Shown here: one piece after another, positions 25,869-39,722 of the stretch | Layout: the number at the start of each line of letters is the position of its first letter | Numbering within the stretch: position 1 is the stretch's first letter | NCBI GenBank assembly: GCA_951406725.2 | Contig: OX597817.1 | Coordinates: 85,436,001-85,500,000, forward strand | Source of the DNA: Octopus vulgaris | Taxonomy: Eukaryota | Reading direction: 5' to 3' | DNA length: 64,000 bases | Program-made: the position numbers and the translations under genes | Notes under the pieces: model-generated | The model's database searches: none | Told to the model about the DNA's origin: nothing | What the model saw: only the letters and a program-made list of their open reading frames with translations

Positions 25869-27243
25869 ATCAGAATGAACATTTAACATTCTATTATTTT
25901 ATTTTATTTTATTATATTATATCATATTATATTATATCATTATAAGATTGTAAATAAAACGTGAAAATCAGACAAGGTTGGAATTCCTTTTATTAATATA
26001 TATATATATATATATCGTATAGCAAGCATGGAAAAGTAGACGTTAAAACAATGTTCCTGTCAATCAATCTTCTTTTACAAAATTGGTTTCCTGCCTAGCC
26101 AGCAGAAATTAGACGATTTTTCAATGTCAAACCATTAAAGACCTAATTTTTCCTTGATTGGTAAATTCCCTAAGCCTTCACCATATTGCTAAAACACTGT
26201 CTCCTCTGTTGAACCACTTTGTTATAAATGAAGTAATTTTTTTATTGTGCTAGAAATGAACTAACAGCTAAGCCATCCATTTTGCTATGCTATACTTTGA
26301 TATAGGTTCCTCTAACATAAAAATGTTATATTTTTTCATGCGCATCTCATATTCTTAGTGATTATATTCCACATCATTTTACTCTATCTTTCATAGGATC
26401 TGTTGGTTGCAATCTTAATTATCTTCTTTCGCTTTACTCTTATCAAATGCTTTGATTCATAAGTTTAATTCCACGCCATGAAATATATTTTAGTGTAAAA
26501 ATATTAAAAATAAAAGCAAGCATGGTCTATTACTATAACACTAAAGATAGCAACTCAGTAAATTAACTCTAAAACCCAGTGTACAAGGAATGGTCAAAAA
26601 AAAAAATCAAGCAACAAAGTGATCTTTAATTTAGGGATGTAAGCACTGGACTTAAATCAAATCTCCATATATTATTTGCAAGTGATCAGTTCTTTATATG
26701 TTATTATTACACTTTAATGTGGCTACTTGAATATTTTAAAGAAATCCTTTGAAGAGATATCTTGCAGTCATGTTTATTATAATACTACTATCATTACTAC
26801 TATTAATATTATCACCACAACTACCACCACTATTACACCTACTAATACAACAGAGGACGTTCTTTGAAGATGATTTTCTTCAATTTCCTACAAAGCCAAT
26901 ATTGTATGGTTGGAATTAGAGCTGATTGGAACAATTTCTGTATATTACTGATACTTAATTGATAAATCTAGAGAGATGAAACTTTTATCAACTCTAGTGT
27001 AGATTGCGCTCAGAACAAAAAGAACCATATTAAATCTAAAGCAGTCAAAATTATAATCTTCATTTCAGAGAGCTGTTGGTCACTATTTCTGCTGTCTTCT
27101 CTCTCTCTCTCTCTCTCTTTATATTTTGCTTTTCTGCTTCTTCTGAACAGAAGACCCTCAAGTAGCCTTTACTTTCATAAATGTAGCAACTGGATCAGCT
27201 ACCATGCACTACTAGTCTGACTGACATTATTCCTACTCTCTTA

Positions 27244-27393
27244 ATCTTGATATGAGATCACCGTGTCGTGCACATATGGTTGTAATGGATGTGCCTAGTA
27301 TACCCTTATCAGATGGGTAGTCATGATGGGTATATTGGGCTTCGTATATTTTGCCCCAGTGTCACTTTGATGGCATTCACTGCTCTCTCACTC
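27244..27393 (+). mobile_element. 3' fragment of (AAT)n-tailed retroposon
   Basis: matches the 3' part of 51604-52070; followed by (AAT)n. Confidence 0.75.
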
Positions 27394-28683
27394 AATAATA
27401 ATAATAATAATTATAATAATATTAATATTAATAATAATAATAATAGTCTTTTCTTTATTAGCCACTCTGAAGGGATCAAACCCAGCAAAATAAATTGTCC
27501 AGTGAATGCAACAGTAATACTCATAGGTTATAAACATCTTTCCATCAATTATCCAATTTACAAATCAGAAGTTTAAACACTGAATGAATTCAGTATATAC
27601 TCACAGACTATAGTAGGAAAATATAAAAGAATGGAGATTTATTCATGATTTAATCAGCTATGTATGTTTCAGATAGAATGCCATACCTCAAAATGGTGCA
27701 ATGCATCAATTATGCATATTTAATCAATCTCATATTTGTTTGATTAAAATGCTATTGGGAGAGATCAATTCAACACCATCCTATTCTTATTGAAGCTATA
27801 TCACCACTGCTTATATTGTTAAACATTTTAAGGAAATGAATTGTAAATTTGGGTCAGCTCATTCCTACACCTATTTTTGCCCATTTCCTCAGTCTGATGG
27901 TTGGAAACTTTTCTTTATAAACCTATTTAGGATTCATGATAGAACTGTATGTAATTCAATATATGGTATATTCAAACACACTGGGTAGCTAGATAAAATC
28001 AAACAGCAGTACAATGAATGGATGAAGATGAACTGAATTAATGAGAAGTCTAAAGGAAAAAAATTGGAAAGCTGGTATTCATTAAGGAGAATATTCCATT
28101 ACATGTTAGAAAACAACATGTTAGGAATAATTATATTCTAAATTTGGATAAGGAAGATGATGTAAGGCAATTTTAAAAAATACAAAATATGAAATAAAAT
28201 CCAGGATGAAAGAGACTAAATTACATCAGAGTCTAAGGACTCTAATTAAAATTAATTGTTTATTGGATGAATCTAGTATATTATAAGTATGTTAATTGTA
28301 AGAAGAAGTATATACCTTTAGAGTTAAAAAATCAAAATTACAATTCTGTCACGGCCTGATAAATACAAATCCTAAGTAGGTCTATAAAGAATACTTCCTT
28401 GTCCCATTGACTTAGGAAATGGTCACATATAAGTTTAGGTTATGAGCTGAGCAAATTCTACTACTCACACCCTTTAATGGTACAATAATATAAGCAGTGA
28501 TGGTATAGTTTTGATAAGCATAAGATGGTGTTGAATTCATCTCTCTCTGTAACACTTTAATTGATCAAATATGGGATCGATTTAATGTGCATATTTGATG
28601 TGTTGCAGCATTTTGAGGTAAGCCATTCTCCTTGAAATGTATATAGTTGATTAAATTATGAATAAATCTCCATTGCTTTGTGT

Positions 28684-28716
<33 letters not shown>

Positions 28717-28746
28717 CTCAGTTTGATGAAATGTACATGGGTACTT

Positions 28747-28807
<61 letters not shown>

Positions 28808-29416
28808 CATGCACACACACACACACACATACATACATATTATGAATTCATTATATTCATATTATTAATATTAATATTTATGTTCAGGACATATATATAT
28901 ATGTACACACACACAGACACATACATGTACACATGTGCATACACACATATATATATGCATACATGCACACATGTTTACACAAAAATTGATTTTAATTTAC
29001 AATATAATATATACAACAATTAAAACAAGAAATAAAACCTGAAAAATTAATGGTTAGGTTAACTTAAATACTCTAGGAACATGTCAACCAGTTTTCAAAA
29101 TGTGTTTGAATGCAACCAAATGCACTAGTAAGTATTTTTGCTTGGATATTTGGCACACTGAGAGGCACCAGTGTCTTGAGGGTATTCTTTTTTTAGGTTT
29201 GATATAATGTTTTGTTCATCATTGTTTAATGTCCATTTTCCATACTAGCATGGGTTTTTAAATTTTATAAGCAATACATCTTTTACATAGAGACAGATAG
29301 CAGGCAAAGTTGAACTCAGAATGTAAAGAGTCAGAAGAAATACTACAAAGCATCTTTTGAGACACTTTAATAATTCTGCCAGCTTGCCACCTTTAATAAT
29401 GATGATGATGATGATG

Positions 29417-29447
<31 letters not shown>

Positions 29448-29453
29448 GGAGAA

Positions 29454-29845
29454 GGCATAGGAGTGGCTGTGTGGTAAGTAGCTTGCTTACCAACCACATG
29501 GTTCCAGGTTCAGTCCCACTGTATGGCACCTTGGGCAAGCATCTTCTACTATAGTCTTGGGACAACCAAAGCCTTGTGAGTGGATTTGGTAGAAGAAAAC
29601 TGAAAGAAGCCTGTCGTATATATGTATATGTATATATACGCAAACATATATATATATATATGTATGTGTGTGTGTATATGTTTGTGTGTCTGTGTTTGCC
29701 CCCATAACTTAGCGGTTCGACAAGAGACTGATAGAATAAGTACTAGGCTCACAAAAAATAAGTCCTGGGGTCGATTTCCTCGACTAAAGGTGGTGCTTCA
29801 GCATGGCCACAGTCAAATGACTGAAACAAGTAAAAGAGTAAAAAA
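29454..29845 (+). mobile_element. SINE family A
   Basis: match to 4527-4983 with a small internal deletion. Confidence 0.85.
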
Positions 29846-29864
29846 GAGAAGGAGAAGGAGGATT

Positions 29865-30066
29865 TCAAATTTTGGCACAAGGCCAGCAATTTTAGGAGGC
29901 GTGGGTTAGTCAATTACATCAGCCCCTGTACTTGACTGGCACTTTGTTTTATCAGCCACAAAAGGATGAAAAGCAAAGTTGACTTCAACTATATTTGAAC
30001 TCAGGACATAGAAGAAATACTGCAAATAATTTTTTTATGATGCTCTAATGATTCAGCCAGCTGGCA
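29865..30066 (-). mobile_element. SINE family B (decayed)
   Basis: reverse-complement core AAAGGATGAAAAGCAAAGTTGAC. Confidence 0.65.
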
Positions 30067-30068
30067 TT

Positions 30069-30183
30069 ACTACTACTACTACTACTACTACTACTACCAC
30101 TATCACCACCACCACTACCACTAGTACTAGTAGTAGTAGTAGTTGTAGTAGTTATAGTAGTAGTAGTAGTAGTAGTAGTAGTA
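30069..30183. repeat. compound (TAC)n/(TAG)n microsatellite with self-complementary halves
   Basis: (TAC/CAC)n followed by (TAG)n. Confidence 0.85.
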
Positions 30184-31419
30184 AAACAGTATCTGATTCT
30201 GTTTTTATTCTCACTTAGTAAAAAATTATTTTTGTTGTAATATTTCTTAATTGGTTCTATTGATTTTCTTGAAAATTTGAACTTTATGATCTTGCTACTT
30301 TTAACTTCCATCATCTCCATTAGCAGAGCTTAGGAAGCTTTTCAAAGATACGACTAAATCCTTTGACTAGCATTGATTGTATTTTATAATGATGAAAAAA
30401 TATGAAATACCTTTTTTCCTTCATTTTTTTAAAAATAATATTTGATAAAAACATGAAATTTTAATAGAAAAAAAATCAAATGTTATTATTTAAAACAATT
30501 CTGTTTGATATATTCTTTAAAATATTCATGATTTACAACTGAATGTTATTTTGGGAGCATGTCATTAACACACTAGATGTCAGGTGCTGGAATACTATAG
30601 CATTCAAGTTTAGCTTTTCCCTTATATTAACAATCATATTTTGTGTCATTTAGTCACCTTTTGTATCATCTCTGCGGGACTTTCATGATTCTATTTATTT
30701 ATGCTATCCCTCTCCTCACTCACCTCATCAGTTTTGTATCTGGCACACACCACCACTATTTTATTTATCTTTCCAGTTTTACCTTGGTTACTTCCACCCA
30801 CTTGTCTATACTATAAGTAACAGCAAAAAACCTGTTCTGTGCTGGCCCCTTCTCTCATACATTAAACTCCTCATTTCCTAGCAAAGAGCTGGCTCACTCT
30901 CTAATATAGCCCCACTCAGTTAAAGGGGATCTTAGATGTGTGAGCTGCACAAAGACTTCAGTTGTGCCGGTGCCATTAAAAAAAAACACCCAATACATGC
31001 TGTAAAGTGATGGGTGTTAGGAAAGACATCCAGCCACATAAACCAAATGTCTGTCAAAGCAGACATTGGAGCATGATACAGTCCTTGGATCTGTCAGATC
31101 CTGTCAAACCATCCATCTCATAACAGCATGAAAGATGGATGTTAAAAGATGAAGATGTGGAGTTTGGAGGGGAGGAAAGGATGATGGTGTTGATAATGTA
31201 CTGTTATACTTTACATTGAAGACAGACTAAGTGTTTCCAATATTTTGGTTTTTACTACTCTATGATTATAGGTCATTGACTCAAGTGTCTATGTTGCTAC
31301 TATATATTTTATTGGTCTCTGGCCTTTGCCAATGACATTACACAATTGGCAGAAACTAGAGTTAGGCTGAAAGAACTAACTACCAACATCAAAAAACAAG
31401 CAGGAATTAACTGAAAACA

Positions 31420-32050
31420 CTGGGGAGATGAAGATTAATGCTTCTATCCAGCCTTCCATCTTTATTGGACAATAGATTGTGGAAAAATGTAAACATTTTC
31501 TCCTACCTGGTAGTGTGATCAATAATGACAGAAACAATAAAAAACATATGAAGTGCGGAATATATTAAGTGTTGGGCTAAATCTGGGTAACAACATGCAT
31601 CAGTACTGACATGGTTTGGTAAGTCATGCCAATGGTTCTGATTGGCAGTGAAATATGGAAAATGTCAACAAAAATTAACAGGAAGCTGGATATATTCCAC
31701 CAACAATGTCATCTGAAAAAATAGAATTATAAGTGATAGGCTCCTTCTGTGAAGCAAATCACAGCCATTGAAAAACATCATGGTATTATGTCAAATTCAC
31801 ATGGATGATCACATTTTGTACCACCTTCTAGCCACTTGGCATGCAAAGGCTGCAGTGACATAGATACTGAAAGAAATAAAATGGAAAAAGGTCCAGTCCA
31901 AGAACACTAGGCATCAGACATTCCAGGATGGTTTCAAATGCACAGGTCCTGACTGGACAGGGACACAATAAAGTATGCTAAATCAACCATACTGGAGGAA
32001 GCTTGTTGTCTTATGCACCTAACTACTTTGCAGGATCTAAGTTTAAGTCA
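31420..32050 (+). mobile_element. highly decayed RTE-like LINE 3' fragment
   Basis: remnants of LIGSEIW..KLDIFHQQC; ends in a TAAG-type tail (GGATCTAAGTTTAAGTC). Confidence 0.45.
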
Positions 32051-33364
32051 GATTGAATTGATTGTATAGCTAAACCAAAATACCTACGAAGTCATCTCAG
32101 AACACTAATATAACAAATTTGATATGGTAGAGGATTTAGTCTATTTCTTTATTATTTTCATCATTTCCTACTACTTGAAATTCTTCTAAAACAATAGAAC
32201 TTTGTTACATTGACACATGATCATACATTTGGAGTGGTGGGCAGAGTCAGAATCTATTGAATCAATGCACATATATGACAGGAACATATTTTACCAATGT
32301 CTGACAGAAGAAAGAACACATTTGTAATGTTTCTTAAAATATTTCTTGGGGATTATATATTGGACTGATATCCCATTCCCCACTAAAGGCCTCTGGATTT
32401 GAGTTTAAGATCACAAGCTAATGAAACAGTTGTCAGTGGTACTGACTATTCTGACTATTGTTTATAACTGAACTTTTCCATGGTTTGTGTACTATAGATA
32501 CCATGGAGAGGCTAAATCACTAAGTGAAAGGGATTTGGGCCAGAGATACAAATAATAGCTCTTTTTCCATGGTGTATATATTCTAGGTACCATGGAGAAA
32601 TTGTGTGCTATGCTTCACATGAAGAAAACCAGACACTGGGTTATTGAATGGAAGGGATTTGGGCTAGTGATAAATATGTCAACCCTTTGGCTGATTAATT
32701 GGCATTCTTTTTACTTGCCTTGCCATATTCCTATAATAATAAGTTTGAAAACAGCAATTAAATGGTTAAACGGAATTTCTAATGAAATTAATATTGGAAA
32801 GAACTTTAAAATGTCACAGACAACAATCTGTTAAATTTTTTTTGTTATTGTTTTTAATTTTTTAAAGTTTTGATGGATATTAATAATTTTTAAAAAAATC
32901 TTTATACTCTCCAAGATGCAAAACTTAACTGAGATAAAACAGAGAAAACATCAAATCAAGATAATTTAATAAAACTTAGTGTTTATGAAAAAAATATATC
33001 AACATGAAAATTAAAATTTTAATAGATCAATAATTAGTGTTCAGATATATAAAATACGACAAAACTTTTGTTTTCATTTTTATTTTTGAAGGCTAAAGAT
33101 AAAATGAGTATTTTCTATTTTAAAATGGCTAATTTAGATAAATCATATTTACCTTCAAACAGTTTGAGTTTCAGATGCTTAAAGTAGGGGGTAAGCCAGT
33201 GATGGAAATGGAGCAGGTGTACAGAGGGGAACAGTGTTCTCTTTCTTTTCAATTAATGAGAGCTTATAGAGTCTAACTCCCATCCCTCCATCCTATCCTC
33301 AGTTTCATAGACCTTAGCATAACACTAGTTCCTAAAATACATTACCATCATTAGGATAAGCAAA

Positions 33365-33612
33365 GAGAACAGATAAATTTTGGAAACATGGTATATAATA
33401 ACAGACAAATATATATAACAGGTTTATATTACAGATAGATTTATATAACAGATTTTGGAAGTATGATATATAATAACAGATAGATTTATATAACAGATAG
33501 ATCTGTATGAAAGAAGAAGAAAAAGAAGAAGATTTATATAATAGATAGATTTTTATAATAGAGAGATCTTGGAAGCATGTATATAATAAGATAGATTTTG
33601 GAAGCATGGTAT
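33365..33612. repeat. degenerate minisatellite (~40-bp unit)
   Basis: recurring AGATTTATATAACAG / TTGGAAGCATG(G)TATATAATA. Confidence 0.7.
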
Positions 33613-35879
33613 TCAATTAATAAGAACAGATTTGAAACAGGATGCTGTAAATGTATCATTTGGGAGTAAAAGGTATCATTTGAAAAAGTGAAAGAAAAAA
33701 AAAAACAATAATTTGGTGGATCTCATTGGCAATCATGAAAACCAGCGGATGTCAGCTGGTTGATTTCTACTTCTGGGCAGCAGATGATAAGGAATACATG
33801 TGCAAACATTTTGTATGCTACTGTGAACCCATGGGAAATGGATCTTTGAATATACTTTCAACCTTATCTTCTTTCTGGACTAAACTCAGATCAGGATAAA
33901 CAATTACAGGAGGACTAGTTTACTATAATATTATATCAACCTTTTATTAATGACACATAGCTGAGAAAGATGAAGGAAATAATATTGTTATATTGATATC
34001 ATGCTGTTTATTTTGATTTCCGGGTATTTTGTAATATTTATGAACAGATAAAAGATAATGCAGACTTCCTACTTCTCAACTATACTTCTGTAATATATAG
34101 CATAAAACACAGCAGACATTCACAGACTGGTCAAATGGTGAGGGGAAGACAGCAAAGAGGAAGGGAGAAAAAATTCTCCTTCAATTCTAATGTTATTTTT
34201 AGGAGCAAGAAATCTGCTCATGACAGATTATATTGTTATTATTAAGGAAGAGACTGCATATCTGATACTTTCTAGCCATCATTATTGTTATTAAGGAATA
34301 TAACACCCTATTGCTGTCAGTCTTCTCATAGTTCCGAGTTAGTGATAATCTTCACTTTGTACTGAAACTAATATTGTTCTAGTTTGACTAACATTCACCT
34401 GATTGAAAGGTATTCCAATCTGAAGTTCACAGAAGCCTCTTAGATGTTTACATATGGCTGCTCCTAACTTATTTTTAACCATTTAAACAAACATATTTTC
34501 TTGCATTTTACAATAGCAGCTGATATTATACTATCTGAGTAGTAACATTTCTAAATTGGGAAACCCATACATATTTACTTCTTCAAATACTCCATATTTT
34601 AGTTATAACTTAATTTCTCTAAAAGAGAGAGAATAATTCTGTTTTTAAATCAGCTTTGTCATGACATAGAAATTCATAAGACTTTCTGATAGTATCAGAT
34701 ATAAAATAAGAACTAAATTTCTAAATATTTTTTTTATAGCTCTTTATCATATTATTCCTTAAACAGTTTAAGTAAATATCTAATTGACCACACCAACTGT
34801 AAATTGATCTCTCAGGGTGGTCTAAACACTAACTGTAATCATGAAATCTTTCACCAGCACTAACAGCAACAACAATATTTTGACTGAGCAAGCTGTCAGT
34901 GAGTGCAAAAAGAGAAAAATGCTAACTTGGTATTCATAAATCAACGGAACACCCAAAAGTGCTTTAATTTCAACTGATCTGACACTATTGAATATACTAA
35001 CTTTTATTTATACATATACATATTAAGATATATTCATACACATGTGCATGTGCATGCACACACACACATATTAGTTTTATGTCTGAGAAATCTTTTAAAA
35101 CTATTACTTGCCAATAAATTTCCCACTTTCTTCAGTTTACCATTCCTCCTCACCACCCGCTTTATCTCTGCTTCTAGATTCACCTTAATTACACTCATTC
35201 ACCCTTATATAATGTGTATCTCCTATACAGCATCAAACCTGTTCATCTCCCCTCTGTCATACTTTGACCTCTTAGCACTAGCATAAATTCACCTTCTTCT
35301 CTCCTATATTCCTACTCTATAGTCTTGTGAGTTACATAGTGACACTACTTGTGTGGGTGCCCATCCACTAAAAAAACACTCAGTGCACTCTGTAAAATGG
35401 TTGGCATTATGAAGGGCATCCAACCATAGAAACCATGCCAAAGTAGACATTGGAGCATAACACAGTCCTTTGACACATTGAATACTGCCAAACCAACCCA
35501 TCCAAGCCAGCATGATGATATTTCTATCAATAACTAAATTCATTTAATCTCAATCTTCATAAGTAGATTTAATCAAAATCTTTATTAATAGCAGCTGAAA
35601 GGGATTGGTTACGTCTGCAATATAAAATTTTTTTGTGTCTTCTTCTTCCATCATTTCATTTGAGAAACTTAATAAAAGGTTTATGCATTGATGTCTCTAA
35701 CAGGTCTCAGCTCTAGCCAACAGAACATTCACTCAACATCAACATATCATCTCAACAGAAAGTAATGGAAGTTTGTTACTTTGTTTCTTCCTTCTTTCAT
35801 CTTATGCCTATTTTTTAATGCTAGCAAGGGCTAGATGAATAAATTATTGAGTTATTGAGACATTGTTTTACTGTGAAAA

Positions 35880-37460
35880 ATTTCAGATTTTTGCATGGTC
35901 CAAGTTTTCAGCTATAGACTGAACACCAACAATTATTATCGATATTTGGGTTGAAAAAAAGGAATTCCTACCTATACTGCTAATAGGTTACAACACTGGG
36001 CTACAATACTATTAAACTACAACTTCAAGATGGAGTATATACCATCCAAGAAATTAGGCCATGCTGATTGATTATCAAGATCGATTTCAAAAACTACAGA
36101 ACCATTCAAAGATACTGTGAGTGCGGCTTTGCAAGCGGAAAATGAAATTAAAAATGTTTTGTGTAACACTATTTGTGAACTGCCAGTTATGTTACCAGAC
36201 ATAAAATCAAATTCAGAGAATGATAAATTCATTATAAAAATGAAAGAAACACTGAAGGCTAAAGAAAACAAAAATATGTGCAACACAAATGCAAATCATT
36301 TCTCACTGTGTGACAATGTGTTGAGATATGCACAAAGAATCATAGTGCCAGCTGCATTACAAAAGCATTTATTAAAGGAATTTCATATTGGTCATCCAGG
36401 GAATTTGAGAATGAAATCACTAATGAGAAGCTACATATATTGGCCTACAGTGGACTGTGATATTGAAGAGTCAGTGAAATCCTGCAGATGTTGTGCCCTT
36501 GCAGCCAAGTCACCACCAGTAAAATTCCAACTGTGGCCTAAAACTGACAGTCCATGGACCAAACTTCATATAGATTTTACTAGACCAGTAAATGGTGCAT
36601 ATTATCTGATTGTAGTAGATAGTTATACTAAGCGCCCAGAAATATGTAGATGTATGAAACTAACATCAATGGTAACAACAGAATTTTTTCATGAACTCTT
36701 TGCAAGATATGGTGTCCCAGACACCATAGTATCCAATGACGATATGCAGTTTATGGTGTATGAGTTTAAAAATATTTTGCAAAATGTACTCAATTGAACA
36801 CATTTCTATTCCACCATATCACCCAAGATCAAACAGATAAAGGGAACGGTTTGTGGATACATTTAAAAGAGCATGAAAGAAATCAAGAAACGAGCTAGTC
36901 GATGATGCAGCATTAACACAGTTCTTGAAGGTTTATAGGATAACACCAAACCCAAATACTTGTTCAGGCAAGTACCTGTGGAACTAATGTTTGCTTGAAA
37001 AATAAAGCCGATTTTTGATAAGCTGTTACCAGTAAGAAAAACAAATAGGAAAAACACTAAAAATACGGCAAAGTATTTTAATATCAGTGACAAGGTGTTT
37101 TTTCAAAATATATGAAAATGGAAGGGAAGGTTGGAAAGATGGAATAGTACCAAAACAAATAAGCAAAATGATATATAAGCGGCGAAAATTGGGAACACAA
37201 AAGAGTGGACTAGCTGAACTCTTATAAAGAATAGTGTATTGGTTGAGACAAGAGAAGCCATAGTGGTCATTCAGAGTTCATGGAAGTTGTAGGAAGTCAT
37301 TGAGATTGTTGACAGTTTGTACTTATTGGAGTATCGTGTTTAGTAGAGTAATTTGAAGTACGTGGTGTGAAGACAGTTGTGTCCATCACCACTTCATGGA
37401 ATCTGCATATCCAATGTATAAAAGGATATAAAATTCTATATATCAATAATTATATATTGA
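35880..37460 (+). mobile_element. Gypsy (K02A2.6-like) RNase H/integrase fragment
   Basis: ORF 36117-36797 has HIGHPGNLRMKSLMRSYIYWP..CRCC, WTKLHIDF, VVDSYTK, RYGVPDTIVS; related to but distinct from 20140-23313. Confidence 0.85.
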
Positions 37461-39615
37461 CAGTGAGATTCTGAAATTCGAAAAGATTTTGCTAACAAAG
37501 TATTTATATCATATCTTGTAACATTTTTATTCTTGTTGTAAGAATGGTTAATTTGATCCTTATATTTATCATCAGGATGTTGCTCTTATGAAAGAAGTTA
37601 TGGGCCTCTTAATATTCTTTTTATGCTAGTTTCAGTCATTGGACACATAATTTATCAATCTCTGTTTGTTAAACCTCCATGTTGTTGGACAAGACTAGCA
37701 CATAAATGTGTCATCACCTCCTCAAACCATTGCTATGACTCTTTCCAGAGTGGGGAGGATTCTTTAATAACATTAGAAAACATCCAATTTTTAAATAAGA
37801 AGAGTAAATCTTTGCCCTGTCAGCCAACCAACCAAAGTTTAAGATACATAATTTAGGTAACCTTAGTGAAAAAATTTGTTTACAACTCAACCTTTCTTAC
37901 AAAACCCTTCAGAGATTGACTGCTCCACATAGACCATGGATATTGATGGGTGTAATGATTCTATATGATATTGGATTGGTTACAAAATTAGAGTTTGACT
38001 CTGAAAATGATATTACTCTTTTAATGTGCCTACTTGTTTGCATCTGTGATTGGTAGAAGGTAAACATGCATGTCTACTTGTGTCTTCCATTAGCTAATTG
38101 TATATTTCTTTTGCTTTAAGACAGTTCAACAAAATACTTCATGTAGTTAACCTTCAAAGACCACAAAGGTATATTTCTTGTTGATATTTGTCTTTTTCAT
38201 TTCACTCAGAATTAACTATGAAGATTATTGAGTTGTTGAAAGTGTCTCATGAGAGCCATAGAATTTTGAAAGCAGTTATTATAGAATCTTAGTGATCCAT
38301 GAGTTGCATCTGAAACATGATATTCTTCTAGTATTTATGCTACTTCTAATAGCTTCTAGATAATATATTTTCTCTGGGTTTGTCAGATTTAATGATGTTT
38401 AATGGTTTCTTATATCCCACATGTAAAAGAGTTTGCTGTATTCAATTTTAATTCAACTATTTATTGCAAATTGCTGCATTAGACTTATGAACTTGTAGAA
38501 CTTTTGAAGTATGACAATTTAATTTAAATTGCTTTTGTTATCTGGCCTAAACTAGAAACAAAGCTGAGCAAACTTAGAACATTCTAAATCTGTTCCAGGC
38601 TTTACATAAACAGCTAATGCTTGCCACAGTATATTTCAGTCATATTTGTTGTGGTTGTTCTAATTTGTTTTAAATATCCACTTGCTCTTTCACTTTCTTA
38701 CTCTCATCTTACTCTCTGATATAAAACTTTTCAATGAAATATTATCTTGACTTTGGACTTCTTGAACAAGTTTAATGACAAAAGGCAGTGCCTGTTAACT
38801 TTGTAGGCTGTCCAAGACTTTGGTAGATGTTTAATTTGATCTGTTGATGGCTGATTTCTCAAAAGTAAAAAACAAGCAAAAAGCGAATTCCAGAGATTAT
38901 CACTTCTGGGAAAGAATGTTAGGGCAAAATATTTAGCATGGTAGCTAGGAGGTGAGAATTGTAGGAGTGATAAGGAAGGAGAAATAAGGGAGTTAAGTGG
39001 GCTTGGGCAAAGAAGATTAGCAACTAATTCAGTAAATTCATTATTGGTAATTCTAGTAAGATAAATGTATATCTATGGGGTAAATGTATATCTACTTTAA
39101 TATAAAAACCAAAAAATACACTCAGAGAAAAACAACAAATAAAAACATTGCAAATATGAATACAATATTAATGTAATTATGCTGTGAAGAGAAGGAAGAG
39201 ATACCAAAGATTTGGACAGGTGTCCTTTGTCAAAATAGAAGAGAAATGAAGAATATGAAAGGAAAAATAAAAGTGGAATGGTACAAGAGAAATTAGTATA
39301 GTTAATGGTTTCCTGCAGAGAAGAGCAACTCTGTTAAGAGACATAAGTAATGGGAAGCATGTGTGCATAAGAAAGAGAATAAGGAACCAAGTGTGATACA
39401 ATGATTGTGTGTGAAGATCTGTGTATGTATAATAGTGGGGAATAATTGTGAGGATGTTATGATTCAGGTGGGATAATGTGTAGGTCATGTGAATAAAGTT
39501 TCATAGAGTGTGGATAGGAGGTGAAGTATGTGCAGGAATGTATTGGCAGAAAAGGAAGGTGTTAAGTACATGGGCTGGCAGTTGTTAGCGGGTGAGAAGT
39601 TACTTTGGTTGCCAA

Positions 39616-39722
39616 AGTATTGTACATGTCAGGTAAAGAGAACTACAGTATTGTACAAGTTAGGTAATGGGTCATCATAGTATTGTACAACTCAGGTAAT
39701 GGATTACTATAGTATTGTACAG
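39616..39722. repeat. ~32-bp tandem repeat x4
   Basis: AGTATTGTACA recurs four times with .AGGTAA in between. Confidence 0.7.

Larger units (their letters stand above)
23770..26001. mobile_element. Penelope-like element: two 5'-truncated copies in inverted (tails-out) arrangement
   Basis: arms 23770-24850 and 24916-26001 are near-perfect reverse complements around a 65-bp spacer; each carries a GIY-YIG ORF end and a pLTR/3' UTR; AT-repeat flanks. Confidence 0.93.

Noticed and set aside
33365-39722. Short repeat arrays as possible CRISPR
   Set aside because: Eukaryotic context, degenerate tandem units without unique spacers, no cas genes
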